Assembly (NCBI GenBank): GCA_051362555.1
Contig: CM120648.1
Location: forward strand, 8,180,587-8,244,586
DNA: 64,000 nucleotides
Direction of reading: 5' to 3'
Source of the DNA: Lingula anatina
Lineage: Eukaryota > Animalia > Brachiopoda
In this document: piece by piece, positions 37,747-48,200 of the stretch
Numbering within the stretch: the stretch's first letter is position 1
Layout of the letters: every line of letters starts with the position of its first letter
Notes under the pieces: generated by a model
Seen by the model: the letters and a program-made list of their open reading frames with translations, nothing else
What the model was told of the DNA's origin: nothing
Databases searched by the model: none
Translations under genes and position numbers: made by a program

Positions 37747-39802
37747 AATGAATGAATAATCTGGGTAATGATGATTATTATTATTAATTTAGGTGAGAGC
37801 ACATTCTATGTGGAGCTCAGTGAGACTTCGGCCATCTTACAACATGCCACACGCCATTCCCTCGTCTTACTGGATGAGTTAGGTAAGAAGCTTCTTTTAC
37901 ACTGTAGCAAGTCATTTGTCAAAAGTACGTGAGATATGCTAATTTACTCCTAAAGTCATTTGAGGGTTTGTGACCTTTTCTACTGTATTGTCCCCTTTGT
38001 CAAATTGTTGTCCATTTCTGTTTTTTAAAGAGGCATACTGGGGTATGCATGTACATTGCAATTGTGAAACTGTGATTTCTTATATTTTTTCATGAGAAAA
38101 TTAAGAAATTTTAAGTCATACATCAACAATTCAGTAAACTCATTTTGTTCTTGATCTCTTTCATACTGACAGTATCAAAATCATATTTTTTAGAGCATTG
38201 CTTGTGATTGAGAGTTCTAATGCTTCTTTAGATTTAAAACGGCTCTCTTTAGACATTTTTAGTATTCCTACTTCTTTTTCAAGAATGGCCGTATGTCCTT
38301 GTGCTTGATCTACCTACAACAGATAATTTTTTTCTTACAGGAAGGGGCACAGCAACCTATGATGGCACTGCTATTGCCTGCGCTGTAGTGCGTGAGCTGT
38401 CACAGAATGTGCGCAGCCGTACATTGTTCTCCACTCACTACCACTCATTAGTGGAGGAGTTTACACACGACCCAAACATCAGACTGGGACACATGGTAAG
38501 AAAATTCATTGGTTTTTTTTTTATTTTATTTTATTTTTATTTTGTGTGTGTGTTTGTGTGTATTCTGGAATTAAAAACAATATGATAAGGTCAGAGTGGA
38601 TGGAACAGTTTCAGTTTATCACAGTAGATGGCGCCACGATGCAGTGTATTACTATAATTTGAGATGTGTAGCTTTTTGTGAATCTGAAGCCTCAGAGGTT
38701 CTTAAAATGGGATATCAAGGATCCACAGGGGATATGGGAGTGTCAAATGTACTTTCATCACAATTTGATTTATTAAAATTACTTAATATTATTTTTCTTT
38801 TGATTTCAGGCCTGCATGGTGGAAAATGAGAATGACGAGGACCCCTCTCAAGAGACCATCACCTTCCTCTACAAGTTCGTGTCTGGAGCTTGTCCCAAAA
38901 GCTACGGCTTTAACGCTGCCAGGCTGGCCGACATACCTGAACAGGTGCGCACATATGATTTCGATCTCTTCACCCCATATTGCTCCAAAATTTACTGTTT
39001 TAATACCGCCATGCTGGCAGATATACCTGGAGAGATGTGCACACAAAATTTTGTTTCTTTTTACCCAATATTGTCCCAAAGGTTATTGTTTTAGCACCGT
39101 TATTCATTTCTTTTCTTACTATAATGTCCCTGGATTGAAAGCTTTAATCTTACTATACCTGGGGGTATGTCTGTACAAATATGCTGTTATGTTCTGGAAG
39201 TTGGTATTTTAACATGGCCATGTTGGGACCAAGCCTCATAATAACTTCCTCCATTAGAACCTTGTATAGTAGGTCAAAGTGATTCGCGATGTATATGTCC
39301 TGTAGATGTACAATTTTTGGGATGTATTAGATCATTAAGTCATTAATAATGAACCAATGAATTGAATAATTTAATATTTTTTCAGATTATAAAAGTTGCC
39401 AGGATTAAAGCACGGGAGTTTGAGGAGCATGCAGACAACCTGAAAGTTTTCAGGTATATTTTTGACTCCTTGATTCCACTACAAAAAATATGTCAAACAT
39501 TTATAATTGTAGAATCATTTGAGAAATACCATATTTTCCTTTTGTAAGTTTTTTTTGCGTAAAAGATGAGGGCAGATTTTCCCACGCTATTGACTAGCTT
39601 TTAATGAAATAAATTGAGTATTGTTATAGGGCACAGAGAAATGAGTGTCAGTGACCAGGTGCGCTGATCACATTACAAGATTATTTAAGATTATAATTAT
39701 GATTTATTTATTTTTAATTTTTGTAGGAACATCTGCAGTACAGATGAAGCTCTTGGAAAGGACAGTCTGATCTCATTACAAAACCAAATCCAAGTGTCTT
39801 GA
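17590..39802 (+). CDS. MSH6: DNA mismatch repair protein MSH6 (multi-exon, ~34 exons)
   Basis: PIP box [12 protein letters not shown] exon ([20 protein letters not shown]), domain I motifs ([31 protein letters not shown]), Walker [65 protein letters not shown]. Approximate GT-AG exons: 17590-17755, 18478-18643, 18985-19199, 19397-19482, 19839-19944, 22989-23113, 24361-24591, 24988-25070, 25483-25570, 28548-28607, 28874-28948, 29507-29633, 30104-30237, 30591-30665, 30863-30934, 31094-31310, 31612-31682, 32080-32203, 32548-32655, 32996-33158, 33380-33460, 34004-34099, 34395-34491, 34698-34853, 35306-35536, 35945-36077, 36683-36781, 36984-37112, 37414-37501, 37793-37882, 38341-38495, 38810-38944, 39386-39453, 39727-39802 (TGA). 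Confidence 0.97.
17989..18156. mobile_element. MITE family A copy in MSH6 intron 1 (opposite orientation to the 5711 copy)
   Basis: Perfect 15-bp TIRs and 5-bp TSD ATTAT. Confidence 0.9.
20104..22903. mobile_element. ~2.8-kb Helentron/HINE-type element with internal tandem repeats in MSH6 intron 5
   Basis: Terminal palindrome ATGTACAGACAC-AGAT-GTGTCTGTACAT after a T-run, a (GTC/GCC)n microsatellite, ~160-bp tandem units (20289, 20448, 20608), an internal duplication (~20146-21060 vs ~21506-22430), and a far-end subTIR GTCTGTACAT with small hairpin CAGC-TTT-GCTG. Confidence 0.7.
22577..22740 (+). mobile_element. Degenerate MITE family B copy
   Basis: Core CTTCTGGGTCTTCCGGAAGACGGTCAG shared with the 28957, 32680 and 56797 copies. 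Confidence 0.7.
23163..23335 (+). mobile_element. Diverged Penelope 3'-end/pLTR remnant in MSH6 intron 6
   Basis: Matches the reverse complement of ~14840-15012 (CTGACATTTATAAGAGGGTCCTG...CAGTCTGATGAAGGCCTTCG). Confidence 0.85.
23661..23901. mobile_element. Harbinger-like MITE
   Basis: TIRs CCTGGTCCCAATTTCACAAAAAA / TTTTTTGTGAAACTGGGGCCAGG. Confidence 0.6.
25769..25784 (-). promoter_or_regulatory. Histone-type 3' stem-loop (copy A), with HDE-like AGAAAAG at 25754-25748
   Basis: Minus strand reads AAAT-GGCCCT-TTTC-AGGGCC-ACCACACCCTTCTT-AGAAAAG, starting 18 nt after the stop codon. Confidence 0.9.
25803..26222 (-). CDS. Intronless small acidic/helical non-histone protein, copy A (139 aa from the first ATG)
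   Basis: Strong start context GCCAAAATGG, TATATAAA upstream (~26307-26314), a near-identical paralog at 27717-28130, and a histone stem-loop downstream. Confidence 0.8.
   Translation of the reverse strand: MENQTSFDHSDSDQWMDDSFDSEDDTYDFQFTDSSLFEDGCLPDLDFVNDQLIIMHGKFTQALNQLQLLENHIKGLQERYQRATKTSRPASRYNLRLQITTLFGVKQMIYEYALRVSEEAEAIQRSQFRQCIPESELQM
27625..27632 (+). promoter_or_regulatory. TATA box of nested gene copy B
   Basis: GGC-TATATAAA-G about 30 bp before an Inr-like TCACT (27658) and 92 bp before the ATG. Identical in copy A. Confidence 0.7.
27717..28130 (+). CDS. Intronless small acidic/helical non-histone protein, copy B (137 aa)
   Basis: [25 protein letters not shown]...RYQRA...[22 protein letters not shown]. 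Differs from copy A by 4 amino acids and an earlier stop. Confidence 0.8.
   Translation: MENQTSFDHSDSDQWMDDSFDSEDDAYDFQFTDSSLFEDGCLPDLDFVNDQLIIMHGKFSQALKQLQLLENHIKGLQERYQRATKTSRPASRYNLRLQITTLFGVKQMIYEYALRVSEEAEAIQRSQYRQCIPESEL
28155..28170 (+). promoter_or_regulatory. Histone-type 3' stem-loop (copy B), with HDE-like AGAAAAG at 28185-28191
   Basis: AAAA-GGCCCT-TTTC-AGGGCC-ACCACATCCCTCTT-AGAAAAG, starting 24 nt after the stop codon. Confidence 0.92.
28198..28374 (+). pseudogene. Decayed 3' fragment of a third copy of the nested gene, with a decayed stem-loop
   Basis: Translates [18 protein letters not shown], versus [18 protein letters not shown] in copy B. Followed by CCAAAGGCCCTTTTCAGTGCT (28316-28336). 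Confidence 0.8.
28957..29125 (+). mobile_element. MITE family B (hAT-like)
   Basis: TIRs CAGGGGTGGAT...ATCCGCCCCTG and 5-bp TSD TAGTG. Inserted 8 bp after an MSH6 exon end. Confidence 0.9.
32680..32847 (+). mobile_element. MITE family B copy
   Basis: TIRs CAGGGGCGGATT...AATCCGCTCCTG, with flanks TTACT/TAACT. Confidence 0.88.
33528..33828. mobile_element. Foldback MITE remnant
   Basis: Inverted arms AGGGT..GAAAG..CTATGTAGATTGATCTAACT / AGTTGGATTGATCTACATAG..CTTTCA..CACCCT. Confidence 0.5.
36362..36570. mobile_element. Foldback MITE
   Basis: ~50-bp imperfect inverted arms ACCAAGTTGAGC..TAACTGAGCTGC.GCTCAAATA / TATTTGAGC.GCAGTTCAGTTA..GCTCAACTTGGT. Confidence 0.6.
37677..37743. repeat. Poly-C plus (CA)n microsatellite
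   Basis: Directly visible in the sequence. Confidence 0.9.
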
Positions 39803-40904
39803 AGAAAGTGGACTCTAAAAGAGGAAACATTTGTAAACATGCAGCCACAGTTGCCAAGAACATTATACCATTATTTACTAAAAGGATCCAGTTGACTGAA
39901 ACACTTGAGTAACATACAATATACTGGAATAGAAAAAGTATCAGGCATTAACTCAGACAGTCATGGAGTACACAATTGAGCAATTAGCTAGAAATAGTAG
40001 TCGGCAGATATTTGCCTTTAAAAAGTCTTTATTATTCAGGAGCAAATCCTTGCAGAAGCACTGGAAATGTATTGCTGCTGCTTTATGAATGTATTAGATT
40101 TACTCAATCTGTGAGAAAAGTAGGCAGAAAAATTGGGATCCAGTCTGTCGATATGCTGATTAACTTTATATTTCTTGCCATTTGAATTATGAAATAGCGG
40201 ATCAGAATGTATTGTTAGAAATTTGGTTAGTTGGGAAATTTGCCTGACCTGTTCAAACACTTAACCAACTGTTAATGCATGATCACGAACTGTGTAAATG
40301 TATGTGCAAATTTGGGTTCATTTACGGCAAAATATTTGCATACAGTTATCAATTTGATATTTGATACGAAGTATCATTTAGTATTTGAATGCAGTTCCAA
40401 TTCTCTATATTTGAAGTTCCACAATTACTTGTATGTTTTAATGCATCAAACAGGGATAAAAAACGGCAGAAAATACATGTGCGATTACCTTTCTGTTGAT
40501 AAATCTCCACGTTTTACTGATATTCAGTTGCTTTGGACATTCTCTGCATAATTTTTGTCCATTTTATACTAGAGTACTTACAGGGGTAGGTAGTACTGTA
40601 ATTGAGCAGTTATAACATTTATGATATTGGTAGAATAAACCTTATATTTTGAAATTTACATGCTGATTCTGTGTATTGACCCAGAATTTTGATTTTTGTA
40701 TTCCCAGTTTTTCATTTTTTTTTCTGTACATCAAGATTGCCAATGCGGCGTTTGTATAGATGTGCACAAACCGGTGTCACTACTAACACATTTAGCCTCT
40801 TCGATGCGCGCAGGATACACGCTGCAAATGATAAACAAAAACGCAGCGTCGCGTGGCACTCCGTGCGTATGAGATTCCAAATCACTTAACGCGCCGGCCG
40901 CAAG

Positions 40905-42627
40905 ATGGCGGCAAGGAGTCGTTGGAACGCTGTCTGGATACCGATCTTCTTTCTCAGTTTCCACAACTCAGCAGTAACTTGCAGGAAAGGCGAGATCTAC
41001 GAGCACTTTCTGTCGTCGTCTGCTCGGGGTGAGAAATTTATTCATCATGACATGTTTATGATCAGCTCCCCCGACATTCTTACGGGAAACACCTCAGCTT
41101 TCATTGAATATGTGTTCAACGGAGGAGAGAAACGCGCTACAGCAGCCGACGGTCTGGAAGATTTTCTGAGAGATTTCAAGGAGCTTGGAAACACCAGTAG
41201 AACTGTCAACGAGAATATGCTATTGAAAACGGGAAAAACCAATGGCAGATTCAGCGAGGAAATTCCCTCGCGACTTGACGAGGGTAATTTGAATGAAACT
41301 GCGCTGTGGGAACATCGTGGCTTGGCAGTTGATCCAAGCGAACTTCAGGCGCCGGTTGATGGCAAGGGTAGTGACACCCGCAGTTTTAAAGAGGAAAAAC
41401 CATCAAAATATAGCGACTTTAGAAAGGGAAATGCGACCTCGGCGATGAACTTAAAAAGCAATATAACAGGTGATACAGAGAACAGCCAGTACAACCGAGT
41501 CCAGATGGAGAATAATATTTTATTTAAGATCATAAACAGAAGTGGAAAACGGAACCAGACAGGCAGCAGTCAGAAACTCTACACTCTGCGGTTTGTTGAA
41601 ACAGAAGGCAGAGAGCATGGATCACACAAGCGCGTAGGTGATGTCGTCATGGCAACTGCTACTAGAGGTCATGGCAGACGGAAACGAACACCGGGGAGAC
41701 GTAAGTTTTTTTTTTCTTTTTTTGTGTGCGAATTTAATTAAGATTTTCTGAAGGCAAGCGTCTAGGTCTTGGTGCCATCGCAACAACCATTTACGAAAGT
41801 TTGCATTTATTTTGCTCTAGAATTCAAAAAGTATAAGCTGTTGGTGTTTTGACCGTGAAAATGAAATGAAAACAATAACATTCACGCTACTTATACTAAC
41901 GGCAACCACGAAAAGTAATGCATTAGCACTTTGATTTTCGTTCTTAAAATGTATATTATGTGCCAATAAAGCAGATATAAAAAATCAATACAAGTGCTAA
42001 CAGATGATTATTCGTGCAACGTAACAGTGTTTTGCACTTTCTTTTTACGCTTGACGCTGCGCGTACAATGTAAAAACAAATCCATTTCCCTTAATGCGTT
42101 GAGTGACTTCGTTCAGTAAAAAGTAACTCGGTCAATGGGAAATGTCGGGTTAAGGGAATAGGTAATATCTGAGGAAAAATACCCCAAATCTTATCACAAT
42201 CACAATCAAAGTATGTGTCACAACAAACGCAATCATTGTGAATGCTGCTGACGATAATTCTCAAAATTGTATTAGCTGTGTAAAGAGATTTGATTTCCCG
42301 CTAGTGTCTTCACCTAGCTGGAAACGCACTTGAGCTTTCTACTAAAATAGTTCAATTTCTATCCTAGGTTGCTGGATGGACTGCATATGGCGATGGAAAT
42401 ACGGTTTTCTCAAATGCGGTTTTTATGACAAACTCACCATGTGCGGAGGCGGGGACTACATGGTCCGATACTATGACGTAGCCAAAACCTACCACGCCCA
42501 CTGTTGGCCAGGGAAAGGGTCATACGGAATTACCCGAAACAGGAAATTCATCTGGGTGCATAAATGCGAAGGGAAGTTTGTCGTGAAGTATAAGAAGTAT
42601 CTTGGCTGCAAGCCCGTCTGCTATTGA
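40905..42627 (+). CDS. Secreted pre-pro-protein (351 aa) with a furin site and a Cys-rich DUF3011/ADEL-lectin-like C-terminal domain
   Basis: Exon 1 (40905-41700, phase-1 donor C|GTAAGT) joins exon 2 (42368-42627) in frame. Signal-peptide-like N-terminus, RRKR site, and motif CWPGKGSYGI..IWVHKCEGKF resembling DUF3011 (recalled, not searched). Confidence 0.75.
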
Positions 42628-43760
42628 TCGCCGTACCCGAGTTTGAACGTGTGACGTCATTGTGCCATGTGACGTCATTATTTCAAAGAATAACCAGGAA
42701 AAAAGTGGGAACTGTTGTCCTATGCACAGTACCGTTTAGATTTTAGTGCTTGATGCTTACTGATGATACATAAATGATATTGCACACTACGAATGTTTTA
42801 TCTATTCTTTAACGTTGTCTAATGAATGTAAGATTTGGTTTCAAATCTGATATTATTTGAAATCAGCTGTTAGTATTTAAAGTTAGTATCAGCAGAATCA
42901 GCGAAGCAGGAGGATGTCCGTTGGTAGCCGACGATGACGATCAGTTCCGTGCATGTCTCCGCAGCCCGAAGTTAGAAGCACGTAGGCGTCCACATCTTCC
43001 ACCGGGACCAAAAAGAGAGTGTTTTCACCAGACATTCACATTTATTACAGGTTATTCAATAGCTGTGCATTTATTTTATCCTAGAGGGGATTTTTGACCG
43101 ACAACTCATCACCCAGCTGTTTCACGTAGAAAATTTAACAGCGGCTAGTGGAGGAAACCGGGTCCTGTGACACCATTCCCTTGCGTTTTATATCGACAAT
43201 GAAAAAAACACTAGTTAACTTATTAATCTTAGCTTTATTTAACGAGTTTTTGAAAGCTCATATATGGCTTTTGATGCTCTGAGCCTAAGCCTTAATTGTT
43301 TAAGGTAAAAAAACAGAAACCCTGCACTTTAGCAGAATGTTTTCATATCTGCAAGATAATTGAAATAATAAAAATAGCATATCTTCAATAAATTAATGGC
43401 CCCATAACTCTGTCGTTTTCATAATATGTACAACTATTATAAATACATAAAATATTTTTAACGCAAATTCTTAGTCCTAACACCTTCTGACTGCATAGAA
43501 ATTCACTATTTTTATTAATTTGACATTAAAATCATTGGCTATTAATAATATCTTAATGGTTTTACCTAGTAAGCAAAATAATTATATTTGGTGCAGATAA
43601 ATAGAAACATATACATGAGTAATATCATAAAGACACTTTGTGCAATAGCACCTAGGGAATTGTTGCTGTTGTCAACTCTGCAATGATGTTATATAATTAT
43701 GTGAGTATGGATTTTTGTTTTCCATACTTAAAAAACATGAAGAATGCATAATTTCAGTGA

Positions 43761-43761
<1 letters not shown>

Positions 43762-43824
<63 letters not shown>
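43762..43824. repeat. (AAT)n microsatellite
   Basis: Directly visible in the sequence. Confidence 0.95.
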
Positions 43825-43828
<4 letters not shown>

Positions 43829-45292
43829 CGCTGTGGCAGATGATAAAAGGGTGTACAAAAATTTCTGAATGAATCTCACAGCTCCCAATTCCAATAGTTA
43901 ATAACTGTACAAAATTTTTGAGTACCCCTCCCCATCACTCCTCCTTTGGGGGGATGTATCTGTCTCCTATAGTGTTCCATCTATGAGTCACATACTCTTT
44001 GGAGGCAAGTATGTTAGCCATGCTGCACTTAACTATATATATCAAATGTGCCTTGTTTGCATCCTAATACATGCGATGTTAGTGAGTAGCAAACAAAATT
44101 AAAAAAAAAAAACTTTTACGTTTGTGGCATTAAATGATATGTTAAATGGAATATTTACTGTCAACATTACAATAAATTAATAATTCAAAATTGAAAATTT
44201 GATTTAAATGCATAGGATATATAAAGAAAAGTGTGTGCTGAAACAGTTATTTAATACTAAATAAGTTGACCTAAAAAACAAAATATTTTCTCGGGAAAGA
44301 TAGCAGTAATAATGGACGGAACTAACCCTGTAAATTTTGACTTAGTGCAGGTGATTATGTATAACAAATAACAAAATACACATAAACATAAAATAAAATT
44401 TGTGGTTTACAAATGACACACGTTTAGACAAAAATACATCGTTGTAATAACTGAGGTGGTACAATGCTAAAGGCATTATTATTAAACAATGACATGAATG
44501 AATAAAATACAAAACCTACAAAAAGAAGAATTCAAAACATTTTCATTCATCTCAAACAGTATTGTTTTAATGATTTCAATGAGTCAAATAACAATTAAAT
44601 CAGTAATATCACCAGTGGCTCGGTATTTGCTGCTGCCTCTAATAAATATGGAAGGATTTATTCACAACCTGTAGAATCTGGTTGCCAATAGCAACACGAC
44701 AAGGTCAAGGCCTATGTGACAAGGTCAAGGCCAAAAAGACCAAGGTTAAGGTCAAATAAACTTACAAAACAATACCCACTGAATCTAAATGGCTTTCAGA
44801 TTTAAAACTTAACCATCAAATTAACTAATAAACCCTAACAAATCCTTAACTTCCCAGTCACTTGACTCCATATAGAACATTTGTTCACAATTAAAGAAAT
44901 AGTTCTTTGACATTAAAACTAAAGATACAAACAAAGAAAACACCACCAACAACAATGACTTACAAAGACAATACTGAAACATGTAACAGGTTTATACTAT
45001 TATTGACCATTTTGACATTCATGTTATGTTAACTGCTCCTCCAGTTAGGTCTGCACTAGCATGTTATGTTAACCACTCCTCCAGTTAGACCTGCACTAGC
45101 ATTGCAATAAGCTTGATTGCAAAAAATAATGAAGTTCACTTTGGCTGACATTATATAAATAGATATTTATAAAAAAAAAAGCAAAATGAAAACACTGCTG
45201 CATAAGCAATATTAATACAATCCTTAAAAAAAATTAACAAACTATGCAAAAGAAAGGTGAACTACAGTATCAGTATACTTATGCTATGAATC

Positions 45293-48200
45293 TTAATACC
45301 CTGAGAGCCTGTCACTACTACTGACTGGCCCTGTATTGCTGTTCACACTCCCTAAAACTGGACCATTGTGGTTGACTTGTCCCAGTGACTGTGACCTCAG
45401 TGGAGAATATGACCTCCCTGGGGACTGTGGCATCACATTAGTATGTGAACTCACAGGCAATTGTGACATCATATGGGAGAGTGACCTCACAGGTGACTGT
45501 GACCTCACAGGCGACTGTGACCTCATATCTGATTGTGACCTCACATCTGATTGTGACCTCACAGGCGAATCTGGTCTCACAGGTGAGTCTGATTTCACGG
45601 GTGTGCTAGTTAAAAATGGAGACGGGGTCCTTCGTAACAGTATGGACCCTAAGTCATTACCTCCATTTTGATTTTGGAAATAAGGCTTATTGGAAAACTT
45701 TGGGTTGACCTGAAATAAAGGGGAAGCTCTGCCTGAGATTCCATTCTCCAGACCAAGGGTGAATGATTTTTGGTTATCCTGAAAGTAAAATAAAGATAAT
45801 ACAATACAGGTGCATCATGTCTGTTTAAGTTGAAAAAAAAAAAAAAAAACCAATGGCAACTTTCTGTTTTATTTCATTCCATTCTTAATTCAGTGTTTTA
45901 TATTGTAAAGATACAGTCACTCAACATATTTCTATGTAATATTTTTCTTTTATCACTTTCAAATTTTACTACTTATTAGTAATCACATCTAAGATAAGAC
46001 TTGTCACCCCCTTACATTTCTCTCCTCCTTTGCCTTAAGCTCTTTGACCATCTTCTCCAGCCCTGCCCTCTGTTTGACCAGTGAATCTAACCTTGACTGC
46101 AGCTGGAAGTTCTCGTCTTCCACAAACTTCAACTTCACATCTAGAAGTTGAAGAGCCCTTGCCTTGTCACGGGCAAGTTCTTCATTTTCTGCATTTCTGA
46201 AATAAGAACACTTTCCGTTGTACGCTGTGGTGTATATGGTTTTTGGCACTTTACATCCAGTAGTTGAAGACCCCCCCCCCCCCTAGCATGGGCAAGTTCA
46301 TATTTTTCTGCATTTCTGAGATATGAGCAGCCATGCTATTACTTTGAATTCAACATAGTACATATCACTGCTGAAGGTAAAGAAGGCAAAGCAGATCAAG
46401 TTCAGCCCAAATTCAATAGAGTGGCTGTGGACTGATATAATTTGGAGGCACTTGCTGCCATCATTGGTGTACCCAATAAATATTGACATTTGTTCAGAAA
46501 AAAAAACATGGTTTGAGTGGCCATTAAAATTGTCCTGGTTATGAATACTGGACTCTCAGTGTGACCTCTTCTCTGTCTGTCTGGCATTCTGTTTGCCTTT
46601 GTACTTGACAGCCATTTTTTTCTCTTTGGGTCTTTATACATGTTTAACTTCCATCACTATAAGCAGGATGTTTTAGGACTAATCAGAATTCATTTTCGGA
46701 CTTCATCTTCAACTCTGTCTATCAGGAGGGTCTTCTCTCTGTCTTCTCTACTGAACCAATTCTTAACACCACTTACTGAGCAAGTAGTTCTCTTTTCTCC
46801 TGTAGCACCATTTTGTATTTGCTCTCCATCTTAGCCTTCCACTCGGCCTCTCTGGAGAGCGTGGACTGTGCCAATAACAGCTCGGACTCCAGTCGTTGGA
46901 GCTCGTCGCGAAGGCGCTGTTTTTCTCTCTGGAACAGCTCCCTTCAGAATGAGTGAAAAATATTTTGTAGGGTATGTACATAATATAACTGATAAAATTG
47001 GCAAAGGCATATAATGTAGTTCTTTGGCAAGGACACTTTTTGATCTTTTTTCTTCTGACAAGATTTAGTAAATTAACAAATTTTGAAGCTTACTATAATA
47101 AGTTACTGAAGTTTCTCAGCCACAATAATGTGCTCTACTGTGAATCCTGAGACTTGAACCAGTTCCTCAATTTTTTTCATTCTTTAAAAAAGTTTTAAAA
47201 GTTTTTTTGTTTTTATAAAATCAAACACAAGTTTTCAGAAAGAGCAAAAACCATCATGACAGTTCTGAAGTAAAAAGATATTTACGATGTCATTTTAGAT
47301 GTAGTTTAGATATTTACTGGTGCCTATGTTCATTGACACACATACCTCGCATTCTGAAGTTTTGCCTTGTGCCTATTTTTCCTGTCCTGGTTCTTCTTGG
47401 TCTGTGCCTGCAGTTTCTCTGATACTGAGAGGAGCTCTAACTGAAGAGTTTCAGTTTCTTGCTGAAGTTTTGCCGCCTGGCCTGCCAGGGTCTGCTTGCT
47501 TTGTTCTGTTAAGTGATGCTGTAAGGGAAATATACAGAGTGAACCACTGGCCCAGAGATTTTTTTCTTTCCTTCATTTTTTTTAAACAATCTAACTTTTG
47601 CTACATCATTAAAAACATTACTGATGCACAGCTTTTTTTTCTTTTCAAATGCTATCAAAAACAGATTTCATTTTTCCCTTTTCACAAGTCTACAGGTGTC
47701 TAAGCTAAGACCTAGAAATACAATCAACCCACTGAAACAGCCCTTGAATTGCTTTTGGTTGTTTTGCAACTGTTACACTAACTAACCCTGCAGCTGTTCA
47801 AAACATATCTAAACATAGGTCACTGGCAAGAAGTCAATAGTGATTTGAATGGACAACATGCTGTGCGCCTACCAGACAGCACAAGACTCACCATGTCATT
47901 CACAGACTTTGTCTCGTCTTTCATGTTGTTCATTTTAGCCTCCACATCCAAAAGAGTGTGTTGTAATTCTTTATTCTTTGCCTGTAGCCTGGCCTCTCTG
48001 TCCTTTAGGGAATTAACTTGCTGCTTCAGCTCCTCACAATTCTGTGTGGAGATTTGTCTGGAGGTAATTTAAACATATTAATGCTTCGTTTATTCATTCA
48101 TATTGCCATAAAACTTTGCACATGCCAAATCTACTTTAGTGCTTTTTAAATATCATTTTATTAAAATATCATTTGAATACCTGGTCAATTTGCTTGAATT

